Made by a program: the position numbers and the translations under genes. The notes under the pieces were generated by a model that searched no databases, was not told the DNA's origin, and saw only the letters and a list, made by a program, of their open reading frames with translations. 64,000 nt of DNA from a virus: positions 35,602 to 99,601 of the IMG/VR virus record IMGVR_UViG_3300017991_002758. The stretch is one strand, 5' to 3'. Positions 38,118 through 48,353 of the stretch are shown here, piece after piece. The first letter of the stretch is position 1, and each line of letters starts with the position of its first letter.

Positions 38118-39344
38118 ATGATCGAAGTGAAAAAAGTGAGGCCGCCTAACCTATTCACGCGACGGATGTTAGAAACTTTCAGTACATGCCGCGCCAGGTA
38201 CCACACTGAATACGAGATGGACTACAGGCTGAAGCGCCGGCGTCCGTGGCCCTGGCCACCGACAATGAAGTTTGCGCTGCATGCCGCATTGCGTGAGCGA
38301 GATTTTGCATTGACCCGCGGCATTGGGAAGCTGAGAGTACTAAGCGCCGGTGATGCTGTACTGGACACCTATGCCAGGCAGCTAATGAAGAGCGCGTTCC
38401 TGCCACCAGTTGAAAATAAAAATGTTAAAAAGGTCGAGGAGTTGCTCGAGCAAACTAAGCGAATCATCGCGCACTACAATGATGTTCACGAAGCTGATAT
38501 CGCCGGCGAGGGAATGAAGTTTCTAACTACATCCGATGGCCGGCCTATGGTGGACTATTTGTCCACCGATAGTCTGTGGATTCCAGAAGGCGAACCGGCG
38601 TATAATACCACACCGTACAAAAGGACCGCGCCGTGGCAATTCGCCGAGAGGATCGATGGTATAATTAAGCGCGATGGTTTGCCGCCGGCCGTGTTGATCA
38701 GGAGGTTGACTTCATCAACTGACCCGGTCGAAGTAGAGCGCGAGCTCGCTTTGGACCTGACGATTCCTGGCATGATGTGGGCCGCTTCCCGTCTCATTGG
38801 TGATTTTGTTTTATCCGCAGTAGTCGATGTTGTCAGAATTAAACCGCCATCGGTGCCCGAGACGGTCAAATGCCGCTCATGTAAGGGCAATGGGCAAGGT
38901 AAGTATGGAGATGATGGCGGGTCGGGAACGACAGCCTGTCAAAAATGCGGAGGAACAGGCGTGGGCGGCATGAGCAAAAAACCGTGCGACACCACTTTGG
39001 ATATTTGGGAAGCTGAGGTAAGAAAGCACGGATTGGATGTTACAACGGAATGGCAAAGATGTAAGCCGGTCGTTGAGAGGATAAGGGAAAAAGGAGAATC
39101 GTTCGCATATCGTATTCATGTTGAAACGTCTGAGCAGGCGCTTAGAAAGTGGAATTCCGATGCGTACATGACAGCAGATGAAATAGCAATCGCCAGGAAG
39201 AGCGGTCATTGGCCGCGGAACCCGGCAGCGTGCGTTGGTGTCTCAGGGCCATGCCCATATAGACGAGCGTGCAGCCAAACTGCCGACAGCGACCTGGCGT
39301 GGTTTACCCGGGAAGTTGAACCCTACCCAGGGCTCGACAACTAG
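38118..39344 (+). CDS. Cas4/RecB-like PD-(D/E)XK-fold protein with DnaJ-type Zn finger, apparently degenerate active site
   Basis: N-terminal F.TC.AR; C-terminal WPRN..AC.....CPY...C; CRSCKGNG / CQKCGGTG. Confidence 0.7.
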   Translation: MIEVKKVRPPNLFTRRMLETFSTCRARYHTEYEMDYRLKRRRPWPWPPTMKFALHAALRERDFALTRGIGKLRVLSAGDAVLDTYARQLMKSAFLPPVENKNVKKVEELLEQTKRIIAHYNDVHEADIAGEGMKFLTTSDGRPMVDYLSTDSLWIPEGEPAYNTTPYKRTAPWQFAERIDGIIKRDGLPPAVLIRRLTSSTDPVEVERELALDLTIPGMMWAASRLIGDFVLSAVVDVVRIKPPSVPETVKCRSCKGNGQGKYGDDGGSGTTACQKCGGTGVGGMSKKPCDTTLDIWEAEVRKHGLDVTTEWQRCKPVVERIREKGESFAYRIHVETSEQALRKWNSDAYMTADEIAIARKSGHWPRNPAACVGVSGPCPYRRACSQTADSDLAWFTREVEPYPGLDN

Positions 39345-39356
39345 AAAGGAAGAGGC

Positions 39357-40604
39357 ATGGGACTAAGCAAACAAGAACATTTGAAGTGGTTGCAAGGTAG
39401 ACAGAATGGCGTTGGTTCGTCCGATTCGCCAGTGCTGGCATTGCCACCTGAAAAGGTATTCAAGAAGACGGCCGTCGATTTATACATCAGCAAAATCAGA
39501 GACATAAAGATGGAAGATGTCGAGGACGAAGGCGAAAATCCCAACTTCCGCCGCGGCCACACGTACGAGCCATTGGCGGTCGCAATGTTCCAGGCGCAAA
39601 CAGGAATTAAGGTATACGCGCCGGTCACCGACGAGGAGAGGTTCAAGACATTTCAGGTTCAAGATCCTGATTCACCGCTATTTGCCGACTTCGATGGCTT
39701 TTGCGAGGACGGGTGGGTTTATGAAGGCAAAGCGCCAGTGCAGCGAGTATGCGATTCATTCAAGACCCAGGGCATTAAAGAATACTACATGGTACAGGCC
39801 CAACACCTTGCTCACCTGGCCAACGTCTGCGAGCTTCCCTTTCTAGGAAAGGACTCTAAGAAATGGCTTGGTAAAATAAAAGGCACGCGCCTGGTAGTGT
39901 ACGAGCCGGAGAATGTTCAGTTGCAGATCGTCGAGCTGCCAATCGACCAGGGTATGATCGGCGCCATAATCAAGAATGCCAAGACGTTTTGGGCCGACTA
40001 TGTAATGAAGAGGGTTCCGCCGGCGGATACCATTTACGAACAGCCTGTTTCGCAAAAAGCTACCAAGGGCCGATACAAGGAGATGACGCAGAAGGAATGG
40101 CAGGACGCTGTCAATCTGTTCAAACTGGCCAAAGAGCAGGCAGCAGTTGCCGAGGCCAAACTCGACCAGGCCAAGGACGGAATGGCCCACAGAATGCAGG
40201 AAGCCGGCGAGGAAGCGGTCAATGTAGGGCCGCATAAGTTTCTCTACCGTATGGTCGCCGGCCGGAGATCATTCGACAAAAAAGCATTGCAAGCGGACTT
40301 CCCCAATCTCGACTTGGATAAGTACATGAAACAGGGGAAGCCCATAAAGCAATTCAACTATTACGGTCCAAGGAACGACGCGAATCCCTACCTCGAGAAC
40401 GATGATTCGACCACAATGACCATTCATTCTGAGTTAGAAGCTTTCGCTAAGCAAAACAATATTGATCCCGAGGAGGCGGTTGATATTTTTGATGAGTTGA
40501 GAGCCCGTGCGGATCTCTATGCCTCGGTGCTCGAGATGGAGCTCGGGGCAATACGCATGGGAGTGGATAAAGCAGCCGAAGCAGTCACCAAAAAACTTGG
40601 CTAG
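39357..40604 (+). CDS. YqaJ-like (lambda-exonuclease family) recombination nuclease
   Basis: WL..R..GVGSSD, RGH.YEP, ADFDG, EGK and Y.VQ.QH motifs. Confidence 0.85.
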   Translation: MGLSKQEHLKWLQGRQNGVGSSDSPVLALPPEKVFKKTAVDLYISKIRDIKMEDVEDEGENPNFRRGHTYEPLAVAMFQAQTGIKVYAPVTDEERFKTFQVQDPDSPLFADFDGFCEDGWVYEGKAPVQRVCDSFKTQGIKEYYMVQAQHLAHLANVCELPFLGKDSKKWLGKIKGTRLVVYEPENVQLQIVELPIDQGMIGAIIKNAKTFWADYVMKRVPPADTIYEQPVSQKATKGRYKEMTQKEWQDAVNLFKLAKEQAAVAEAKLDQAKDGMAHRMQEAGEEAVNVGPHKFLYRMVAGRRSFDKKALQADFPNLDLDKYMKQGKPIKQFNYYGPRNDANPYLENDDSTTMTIHSELEAFAKQNNIDPEEAVDIFDELRARADLYASVLEMELGAIRMGVDKAAEAVTKKLG

Positions 40605-40628
40605 GCCAAAGAAAGGAAGAGGCAGAAT

Positions 40629-41852
40629 ATGGGAAATGAGAATTACGAAAAAATTAAAGCTCGCCTGGAGAGCGACAGCCTGAAGGAAATGATCGAAGGC
40701 TCGCTACCTTCGTCAATCGATGCCACGTCGTGGATTAATTCCGCACTGACGCATGTTGGATCCGACAAGGATCTGCTCATCGCAACACCAACGTCGACCA
40801 TCGCGGCCATACTGGAAGCTGCAACGCTCGGCGTGCGTTTTGAGGGACCGCTCGGTGAGGCTTACCTCGAGGCGCGCAACAATAAAAAGAAGGATGAGCG
40901 CGGTAAAGAGTACTGGGAGAAAATAACCCAGCTGCAGGTTCAATACCGCGGCCTGATGAAACTCGCGCGGCGCGACCCATCGGTCAGGAAGATCGAAGCA
41001 ATCATCGTGCACGAGCACGACTACTTCAAGCACCAGCTGGGTACGAACCTATTTCTCGACCACACATGGGATGTTCGCCAGCCCAGGGGAAAGATGGTTG
41101 CCGTCTATGCCGCCATTCGTTATCACGACGGCTTTTATGACTTCGGGCAGCCCTACCCAATCGAAGCTGTTTATAACCACCGCAACAATGTTCTCGCCGA
41201 CAAGAACATCCGGGTCGAAATTGCCAAGGACGGCACGGAGATATTCTGGAAGCGATGGAAAAACGATGAGCCAGAGAAAGTACTTTCGCCGGCGAGCATG
41301 AGGCGCACACCTTGGATTACCTACTTCCCGGCGATGGCCCAGAAGACGGCCATCAGATGGTCCGCTAAATTTTGGGAGCTGAGTCCCGATTTCGAGCGCG
41401 CCGCCGGCCTGGTTTCCCTTGCCGAGTCTGGACACCAGCAGGACCTGGAGAAGCGGTTTGAGAGGCTGCTTGCGGAGAGGGAGGCCCAGGGCGAAGGCGA
41501 TGGCGATATGAAGAAGGAGGCGGCCGCTCAGGGAGTGCAGAACGTGAGCCTGGCAACAATGCATGGCCTCCGCGAGCAGATGCTGGCCGAAACCGGCGTT
41601 ACTGGCCAGGGCGCGATGGAAGGTCCACCGGAGGAACAGGGCAACGAAGGCGCCGAGAACGCCGAGTCTGGGCCCGAGCCCGAGGATCAATCCAGTAAGG
41701 AGCAAGAGCCCGAATCGAAGGAGCCAACGCCAGAGGAGCAAGAGGAGATTCGGGAGCGCGAACTTCAAGAGGCGGCAGAATTTCAACGCGAACAGAAACA
41801 GGGCAGTGCCAAAGGAACGGGTCGGAAGGGCAGCGGCAAGAAAGGCAGGTGA
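40629..41852 (+). CDS. recT: RecT-family single-strand annealing protein
   Basis: LGEAYL, QYRGLMKLARR, V.E.D.F, VYA and MAQKTAIR; acidic tail. Confidence 0.9.
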   Translation: MGNENYEKIKARLESDSLKEMIEGSLPSSIDATSWINSALTHVGSDKDLLIATPTSTIAAILEAATLGVRFEGPLGEAYLEARNNKKKDERGKEYWEKITQLQVQYRGLMKLARRDPSVRKIEAIIVHEHDYFKHQLGTNLFLDHTWDVRQPRGKMVAVYAAIRYHDGFYDFGQPYPIEAVYNHRNNVLADKNIRVEIAKDGTEIFWKRWKNDEPEKVLSPASMRRTPWITYFPAMAQKTAIRWSAKFWELSPDFERAAGLVSLAESGHQQDLEKRFERLLAEREAQGEGDGDMKKEAAAQGVQNVSLATMHGLREQMLAETGVTGQGAMEGPPEEQGNEGAENAESGPEPEDQSSKEQEPESKEPTPEEQEEIRERELQEAAEFQREQKQGSAKGTGRKGSGKKGR

Positions 41853-41856
41853 GCCT

Positions 41857-42141
41857 ATGGCCGACGGAAAAGTACCCGAAAGGATTCGCAAGCAAGTTTT
41901 TCGAGAGGATGGACTCATATGCGCCGTCTGCGGATTGACGGGATTTGAAGTTCCACGGCCTAGTGGTGGTGTGGGTTATTACACTCCCATTGAAGGAGTG
42001 TACATGAGCATAGACCATATTATTCCTATGGCGAAAGGCGGAACCAACAACAGAAAAAATCTGAGAGTATTGTGTACAACATGCAACACCATCAAAGGAA
42101 CTAAGATTGAAGATGGCAGGAAGCGAGCTGGCAATGCGTGA
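41857..42141 (+). CDS. HNH endonuclease
   Basis: CAVC...IDHIIP..KGG.N...NL..LC..CN..KG. Confidence 0.9.
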   Translation: MADGKVPERIRKQVFREDGLICAVCGLTGFEVPRPSGGVGYYTPIEGVYMSIDHIIPMAKGGTNNRKNLRVLCTTCNTIKGTKIEDGRKRAGNA

Positions 42142-43066
42142 TTATGGAACGGTTTCCGCCAAGTTCTGGATTGGAAATACCGGTAAAATTCTCAGAGGTG
42201 ATTGCCAAGCTCAGGTGTTAGCTCTTTATCTAATAACTTCGCCGCATTCATCGATGTCGGGATTGTATTATTGCCCAACTACCTACATGGCTCAAGATAC
42301 AGGCATCCCCTTGGAAGGGGCTTCGAAGGCCCTTCGCAAGTTAATTAATGTTGGGTTTTGCGAGTATGATGAAAAGATGGAGATGATTTTTGTCATACGC
42401 ATGGCCCAATATCAAATTGGTGGCAATTTATCGACAAAGGACAAGCGCAGAATTGGTCTAATAAAGGAGCTGAAAAAGATTCCTAACACTGTGCTTTTAA
42501 AATCATTTCTCAAGGAATATTCTGAATTGTTTAATTTGAATCCGGCTGAATTTGGGGTTGATATACATAGCCCCTTCGAAGGGGCTCAGATGCCCCTCTT
42601 GAGCCAGGATCAGGATCAGGATCAGGATCAAGAACAAGATAGGGAGTTAGGGCGGAGGCGTGAACCGCCTCCTCCCCAGCAGCCGGATTTTAAAGACCGT
42701 GTGCCGCCTGAAGGTAGCTCATATAGACTCAAGACGATCTATGCCGCAATGCAGAATGTCGACTTCAATGTGCCCGGCGTCGGTGACCAGACCATGTGGG
42801 ACAATGTGACCAAACCAAGAAAGGTCGCCGAGAATCTGGATAAGAGCGCGCCGGCGATTGACATACCCAAGCTGATAACGAAGCTCGCTGGTTGGACATA
42901 TGCGAACCCCAAAAAGGCGAAGAAGGATCTCGGACGTTTCGTTTGGAATGCCGCGATTAAAGACCAGGACATACCACGACCGACCGGCCACAATGGAGAT
43001 GATTACGCGCACGGATCTGATTTGGCGGCGAAGGTGAACAAGGCAAAACAGGGAGGTGGTCGATGA
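42134..43066 (+). CDS. Phage replication initiator protein
   Basis: MRDYG.VS..FW, LYL.TSPH, G.C.YD and QDQDQDQEQ linker; directly upstream of DnaB. Confidence 0.8.
   Translation: MRDYGTVSAKFWIGNTGKILRGDCQAQVLALYLITSPHSSMSGLYYCPTTYMAQDTGIPLEGASKALRKLINVGFCEYDEKMEMIFVIRMAQYQIGGNLSTKDKRRIGLIKELKKIPNTVLLKSFLKEYSELFNLNPAEFGVDIHSPFEGAQMPLLSQDQDQDQDQEQDRELGRRREPPPPQQPDFKDRVPPEGSSYRLKTIYAAMQNVDFNVPGVGDQTMWDNVTKPRKVAENLDKSAPAIDIPKLITKLAGWTYANPKKAKKDLGRFVWNAAIKDQDIPRPTGHNGDDYAHGSDLAAKVNKAKQGGGR
42307..42640. other. Putative replication origin inside the initiator gene
   Basis: CCCCTT(C/G)GAAGGGG dyads at 42307 and 42571, AT-rich tract between them, CAGGAT x4 at 42605. Confidence 0.6.
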
Positions 43067-44526
43067 GCACGGACAGGGTTCCACCATATGACCAACAGGC
43101 CGAGGCCGCATGCCTCGGTTCGGTGCTGTTGAACAACGAGGCAATGGCCCAAATCCGTTCGGTAATTTCAGGCTGCGAGGACTTTTATGTTGAGGCCCAC
43201 CGCAGAATATTCGAGGCTATGCTCGAGCTTTCTTCTCATGGGAAGCCAATCGATCCGGTGACGCTGGGTAATGTGCTAAAGGAGAGGGGAGATCTTGAGA
43301 AAGTAGGAGGAGCAGCTATCTTCTCTGGCTTATTGGACAGCGTTGCTACGGTGGCCAATGTCGATCACTACGCCGGCATTGTCCGCGACAAGGCCGCCAC
43401 CCGAAAAATGATTTACACTGCTCAAGAGATTTTCGCTAGAGGTTTTTCGGAGGGCATCAATATATCCGAATACTTGGCCGAATCGCGCAAGGCAATAACC
43501 CTGGCATCGGCTTTCGATGTCGCCGAAGGTCCGCGATTGGTTGGAACGGACATTAAGGAGATCTTCGCGGAGCTGGAAACAGGCAAGGCGCCAGAGGGTA
43601 TGGTGAAGACCGGAGTCGGTGTAATCGACGAGCTCACCGGAGGTCTGTGGCCAAAGCTGATGACCGTCATTGGCGGCCGGCCTGGAATGGGCAAGTCAGC
43701 TCTAGTTCTAAACATCGCCACCAATGCCGCGAAGCAGGGCAAAAAGGTGATGTACACCACCTTGGAAGACGACCGTCGCATGGTAGTTCTGCGAATGTTG
43801 GCTCGCTTTGGTGACGTCGACCTGAACAACTTGATGCTCAGGTCTGTGCCCGATAATTCATGGCCCGGATTGATCAAAGCAGCCAACACCATAAGCCAAG
43901 TACCACTGTACGTCGACGACTCGGCCGCGCTTTCTTCGGATCAAATACACCAGCGCGCCGCTTTGCTTCACCAAATGCATGGCCTGGACCTGCTCATTGT
44001 AGACCACCTGGGCGAAGTCGCCGACAAAGGCGAGAGCCTGACGGCTATTACCGAGGCCGCGGCCAAGGGCCTGCGAAATATCGCCAAGGAATTGAACATT
44101 CCAGTTTTGCTTGCTGTTCAGCTCAATAGGGAGGTAGAGCGCCGCAACGACAAGCGACCCACGCTACACGATTTGAGGCAGAGCGGAGCAATAGAACAAG
44201 TAGCGCGATTCATCTGGTTCCTGTACCGTCGAGGCTATTACATCAAAGGGTGCGAAGACGATCCTGACACGCAGCTCATCGTGGCCAAATCCAGCCATGG
44301 AAAAACAGGCATGATCAGGCTATGGTCAGATCTCTCGCGAATGTTCATGCGTGGCTGGGAAATAGATCGCGATGGGCCGTTTCCCGAGGATAATGCCAAG
44401 CACTATGAAAAGCCGGAGAGTTTCAGCGGAGAAGAGGATCGGCAGAGAAAGTTTTTTGAGAACACTGGGCCAGAGTCCAGTACAGCAAAGTCCAAGCAGT
44501 ATGATGATTGGACGAATAAATACTGA
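43063..44526 (+). CDS. dnaB: Replicative DNA helicase
   Basis: PP....AE...LGS.L, GRPGMGKS, IVDHL, QLNR.VE.R.DKRP.L.DLR.SG.IEQ. Confidence 0.95.
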   Translation: MSTDRVPPYDQQAEAACLGSVLLNNEAMAQIRSVISGCEDFYVEAHRRIFEAMLELSSHGKPIDPVTLGNVLKERGDLEKVGGAAIFSGLLDSVATVANVDHYAGIVRDKAATRKMIYTAQEIFARGFSEGINISEYLAESRKAITLASAFDVAEGPRLVGTDIKEIFAELETGKAPEGMVKTGVGVIDELTGGLWPKLMTVIGGRPGMGKSALVLNIATNAAKQGKKVMYTTLEDDRRMVVLRMLARFGDVDLNNLMLRSVPDNSWPGLIKAANTISQVPLYVDDSAALSSDQIHQRAALLHQMHGLDLLIVDHLGEVADKGESLTAITEAAAKGLRNIAKELNIPVLLAVQLNREVERRNDKRPTLHDLRQSGAIEQVARFIWFLYRRGYYIKGCEDDPDTQLIVAKSSHGKTGMIRLWSDLSRMFMRGWEIDRDGPFPEDNAKHYEKPESFSGEEDRQRKFFENTGPESSTAKSKQYDDWTNKY

Positions 44527-44537
44527 GGAGGAAATTC

Positions 44538-45830
44538 ATGAATGAGAAAAATGGTAACGGCGGAGGCATCCCAACTGACGAGACCAGGATACTCGCCTGC
44601 CAGTGCGGTTCTACTGGGTTCGATGTAAAGAAGCGAACTAAAACATCGATCTCGCTCGTTTGCGGCAAGTGTGGCCTTCGCTGTTCAGTGAAGGGCAACC
44701 TGGCAACCGTCCGTGTTCGGCAACAGGAAATTCAATATGCGTTGGAGCACACCATAGTAACTCCCGACGACTCGCCGGATGACGACGAAGGCGGAGATGC
44801 TCCGGGCGAAAAGGTCGGCGATGGCAACGGACCGGTAGGAAACCAGTACATCACGTTGCGCTTCCGAATAATGAAGGGCGACCAGAAGGACGTCATCGAC
44901 AGGGCAATGGAGGCGTGCCGGGTTCTGAATTGCTCCGCTGACAAGTTCAGGGAGCAGACCTGGCAAGGGCATGCGCTGGAATTCATCTGCGCCGATTTTC
45001 TTTCGGGATGCGATCCCAATGTGCTGCAGATAGTTGATGCCATGGACGATGCGGTTGAAGACGCCGAGCGGATCGCTGAGGATGGTGGAAAGAAGGCGCC
45101 AACGGCGAGAAAAATACGAGACCTGCGCTCGAAGGTTCGCGACAAGCTGGCGTTGGAGTCTGGTATACTGCCCAAGGATTTCTTTGGCGACGATCCCGAC
45201 GCGCCAGATCCCAGGCAACTTAGCTTGCTCGATGGCGGTAAGGATGAGGAGGAAGAAGATGGCGAGGAGGCCAGCCTCGTTTGCCCCGAGTGCGGAGCTG
45301 ACGTCGAAGCCGACGACGAGCAGTGCGGTGCCTGTGGCGTTCAGTTTTCCAAGGAAGATGATGCCGACACCGACACTGACAGCGACACTGAAGAAGAGGA
45401 GGAAACCTTCACGCCGGTACCGGATGAGGGACGCCTGCTCACCGCGGTAACCAACACCTTGGCCCAGTACATGGAAGATGCAGAAGAGGCCGGACTCGCC
45501 AATTCTGACCTTCCTCATCATCACATCGTGGACGGATCGAAACCGCCAAAGAAAATACTTGAGAAATGGGCACAGGAAGGAGGCTACCTGGTAAGGGTTC
45601 TTGGAGATCCTCGAACGGTTGATGCCAAAGGCAACAGACCAAGCGTTACAGTGCTGATCGAGTCCGAGCCGGCCGGCCTCGCGTTGGACTTCTCGGTTGA
45701 TTACGATGAACAGACCGACGAAATACTCGGCGACGGATCTGTTGAAGTCGTGGAGCTCATTCCTCCGGATTACGATCAGGTAGGACCCTGGGCGCAACCG
45801 CATTTCGCAGACAGAAGGGAACAGCTATGA
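44538..45830 (+). CDS. Acidic multi-Zn-ribbon protein
   Basis: CQCG..CGKC and CPECG..CGAC; Asp/Glu tracts. Confidence 0.6.
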   Translation: MNEKNGNGGGIPTDETRILACQCGSTGFDVKKRTKTSISLVCGKCGLRCSVKGNLATVRVRQQEIQYALEHTIVTPDDSPDDDEGGDAPGEKVGDGNGPVGNQYITLRFRIMKGDQKDVIDRAMEACRVLNCSADKFREQTWQGHALEFICADFLSGCDPNVLQIVDAMDDAVEDAERIAEDGGKKAPTARKIRDLRSKVRDKLALESGILPKDFFGDDPDAPDPRQLSLLDGGKDEEEEDGEEASLVCPECGADVEADDEQCGACGVQFSKEDDADTDTDSDTEEEEETFTPVPDEGRLLTAVTNTLAQYMEDAEEAGLANSDLPHHHIVDGSKPPKKILEKWAQEGGYLVRVLGDPRTVDAKGNRPSVTVLIESEPAGLALDFSVDYDEQTDEILGDGSVEVVELIPPDYDQVGPWAQPHFADRREQL

Positions 45831-46255
45831 ACGACGAAAAACAGCAACAGGTTAAGGCGCCCGAGGGTAGACCACTCCCAAGGGCAAAGCCAATCGAAGA
45901 GGTGGTCAAGGAGCGCGTAAGGGGTGCGGTTGCCGGAGAGTTGAGCAGACTAGAAGTTGTCGCGGCCAAGGCAATGACCGACAACGACATGGAGAGCTAC
46001 TGCCGAGCATTGGAGGCGATGGCGGCAATAAAGGGCCGGTCCGAAACCTATTGCATACAAATTGAGATGGCGGCCAAGACAGCGGCAATGGCCAGCGTTG
46101 CAATGCAGAGACCGGCTGGTGGGCCAGATGAAGGTGGTCTGAAAAATCTCAGCGAATTAATAAATAAAGCACGCGGTGGCCGCGGTAAGCCGGCCGAACT
46201 TACGGAGGATCAGCAGGCCGAAGCACCTAAAGATGACCAGAAAGCGTCTGAGTGA
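45827..46255 (+). CDS. Hypothetical protein
   Basis: ATGA overlap. Confidence 0.55.
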   Translation: MNDEKQQQVKAPEGRPLPRAKPIEEVVKERVRGAVAGELSRLEVVAAKAMTDNDMESYCRALEAMAAIKGRSETYCIQIEMAAKTAAMASVAMQRPAGGPDEGGLKNLSELINKARGGRGKPAELTEDQQAEAPKDDQKASE

Positions 46256-46291
46256 TATTATATCCTGAGACGCAGGAGAGGAGATCGGGTA

Positions 46292-47182
46292 ATGGCGATT
46301 AGAAAAAGAGTTTCGCTAACTGGCTTTCCCTTCAGCGGGGAAAATGCTCTGGTGCTGGACGGTGTCGCGTTCGACATTGGCAGCAGGGTTATCAAATGGT
46401 GGGAGGATGAAGGCTTCAGCCAGTACGGTACCGACCGTGTTGTTGTCCAAGAGGAGGACAATGCAACAGGTAAGGTAAAGAAGAAGATCATTCAGGGCAA
46501 GCGGTATTACGAGAGGAAGAAAGGCGTTCCCAGCATACGCCAGGTATTCATACATCACGCCGGCGCAGATCGGGAGAGCCCGAAGATCATGCATGATGTG
46601 CTGCACAATCAGCGCGGCCTTTCTGTTCAGTTTGCAATAGAGGACGACGGTCGCATATATCAATTCCTCGACGCTGAAAAGGCGGCAAAGCACGGGGGTA
46701 CCCACAACCAGATCAGCATTGGCGCCGAGTGCTGTCTATTTCCTGATGCCGGCAAACGTCCTAACTATTACTCTGTGAGCAATAGACGCAGGACAGGCAA
46801 TCTGCCCCACACCACAAAAGTCGAAACCCTACAGGGCATGAAGAAGAAAGTGTTCTGTTTTACTGATGAACAGGTAGAGGCCGTGTGCCGTTGGGCCGCC
46901 GGCCTGTGGGTCGCCATTGGTTATTTGAGGAAGGAGGTCAATGAGTTAGACCCAAACACGGAGATCGGGAAGCTATTCAACGAGCCACCAGTATTCCCGA
47001 AAAACAAAGAAGGACGGATTCCTCGAAAGGTATTCAAGAAGCACATGGAGCACGTTGGCCTGATTGGTCATCTCCAGTGTTCACCTCGCAAATGGGACCC
47101 GGCCGGCTTTCCCTGGGAATATGCCGAAGAGAGGACCGGCGAGTATTTCTGGGAATTTTTCAGAAGGCTCACTGTCACATAG
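46292..47182 (+). CDS. N-acetylmuramoyl-L-alanine amidase (Amidase_2) endolysin
   Basis: FIHH, SVQF.IE.DG.IYQ, A.H.G..N..SIG.E, IGH......K.DP. Confidence 0.88.
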   Translation: MAIRKRVSLTGFPFSGENALVLDGVAFDIGSRVIKWWEDEGFSQYGTDRVVVQEEDNATGKVKKKIIQGKRYYERKKGVPSIRQVFIHHAGADRESPKIMHDVLHNQRGLSVQFAIEDDGRIYQFLDAEKAAKHGGTHNQISIGAECCLFPDAGKRPNYYSVSNRRRTGNLPHTTKVETLQGMKKKVFCFTDEQVEAVCRWAAGLWVAIGYLRKEVNELDPNTEIGKLFNEPPVFPKNKEGRIPRKVFKKHMEHVGLIGHLQCSPRKWDPAGFPWEYAEERTGEYFWEFFRRLTVT

Positions 47183-47191
47183 GAGGATTGA

Positions 47192-48037
47192 ATGAAGAGT
47201 CTGATAGCATTGCTGACTATCGGTGTCGTGCTGTTGCTCATCTTGGGCGCAGCGGTAGTTCCCGGTAGTCATAAAGCGGAGGCCAGGGAAAAACCATGGT
47301 TGGAACCTGGGGAGCAGACCACTGAACCTGTATTCTACGAGCATTGCTGCGAATGCGACTACCTTGAGCAGAAAGATCAAGCTGCAAATGATTGTCAGGA
47401 AATAGTCGAAACGGCCGACATTGCCGAATATCAAATGAGCCAGGAGAGGATGGTTGCCGAAGTTGAGATGCTGTGGAACATGTGGTTCGACGACGAAGGC
47501 GCGAGCCCAGCAGATCCGCGCAGAGATAGATTCACAGAATTTGCGGAATATCTGGTGGACGCGGCACTAATGTACCGCGATAAACCGACCGACATAGGAG
47601 GCCAATTTCCTGGGGCCAAGAATGATCACTTGGTATTGGCGTACATAGCGGCAAAGGAATCTTCCGTAACACCGGACGTGGTAAACAAGAATGGAAAAGG
47701 CGAAGTATGTCTGATGCAATTGCATGGAGCGGCGCTCGCCGGGTACGCCTCGGATAAAGTACTGCACAACCCGAGACTATGCCTGCTTCTGGGAGCTCGT
47801 TGGCTTGCAGCGCAGATCCCTAAATGCGAACAGGATGGAGCCGGTGGAATTTATGGCGACGAATTCTCATGGGAGGATTCAGATTGGGTCGGACCTCTGT
47901 CGGTGTACGCCGGCGGCGAGCGTGGCATTCGCAAAGACGGACGTTGCGCCAGATTCAAGGTTATGAAGGAAAGGATCTCAGCAGTGAGGTTATATCGAAT
48001 ACGGATAGACCACGCGATGGAAAATTGGGTAGATTGA
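47192..48037 (+). CDS. Exported lytic transglycosylase (SLT-like)
   Basis: N-terminal hydrophobic helix; IAAKESS (catalytic Glu), GEVCLMQ, GARWL, Y.GG. Confidence 0.65.
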   Translation: MKSLIALLTIGVVLLLILGAAVVPGSHKAEAREKPWLEPGEQTTEPVFYEHCCECDYLEQKDQAANDCQEIVETADIAEYQMSQERMVAEVEMLWNMWFDDEGASPADPRRDRFTEFAEYLVDAALMYRDKPTDIGGQFPGAKNDHLVLAYIAAKESSVTPDVVNKNGKGEVCLMQLHGAALAGYASDKVLHNPRLCLLLGARWLAAQIPKCEQDGAGGIYGDEFSWEDSDWVGPLSVYAGGERGIRKDGRCARFKVMKERISAVRLYRIRIDHAMENWVD

Positions 48038-48038
48038 A

Positions 48039-48353
48039 TTGGAACGCGATCTACTCGAAATAATAAGCGAGCTGCTCGAGTTTGCTCGCCCAGGAGGAAC
48101 GGCGCATAAGCGTCTTATGAAATACCGAGACCAGGTGGCCCGGAATGTTATGCTCGGGCCATCTGTGTTGAAATATATTGAGAGATTAAGGCTGACTGTA
48201 TTGGATGATATCGAATGCAAGCATCTCACTGAAAGGGGTATTTGCAAACATAAGAAGAGACTATGCGACCACGTGGAAAACAATAAAGCGTGCAGCCTTT
48301 ACGAGGGCAATCGTCCTGTGCTGAAAGGCGACCCGCTAGGGAGGATTCGATGA
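48039..48353 (+). CDS. Hypothetical Cys-rich protein
   Basis: C-terminal Cys cluster; tight gene packing. Confidence 0.5.
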   Translation: MERDLLEIISELLEFARPGGTAHKRLMKYRDQVARNVMLGPSVLKYIERLRLTVLDDIECKHLTERGICKHKKRLCDHVENNKACSLYEGNRPVLKGDPLGRIR

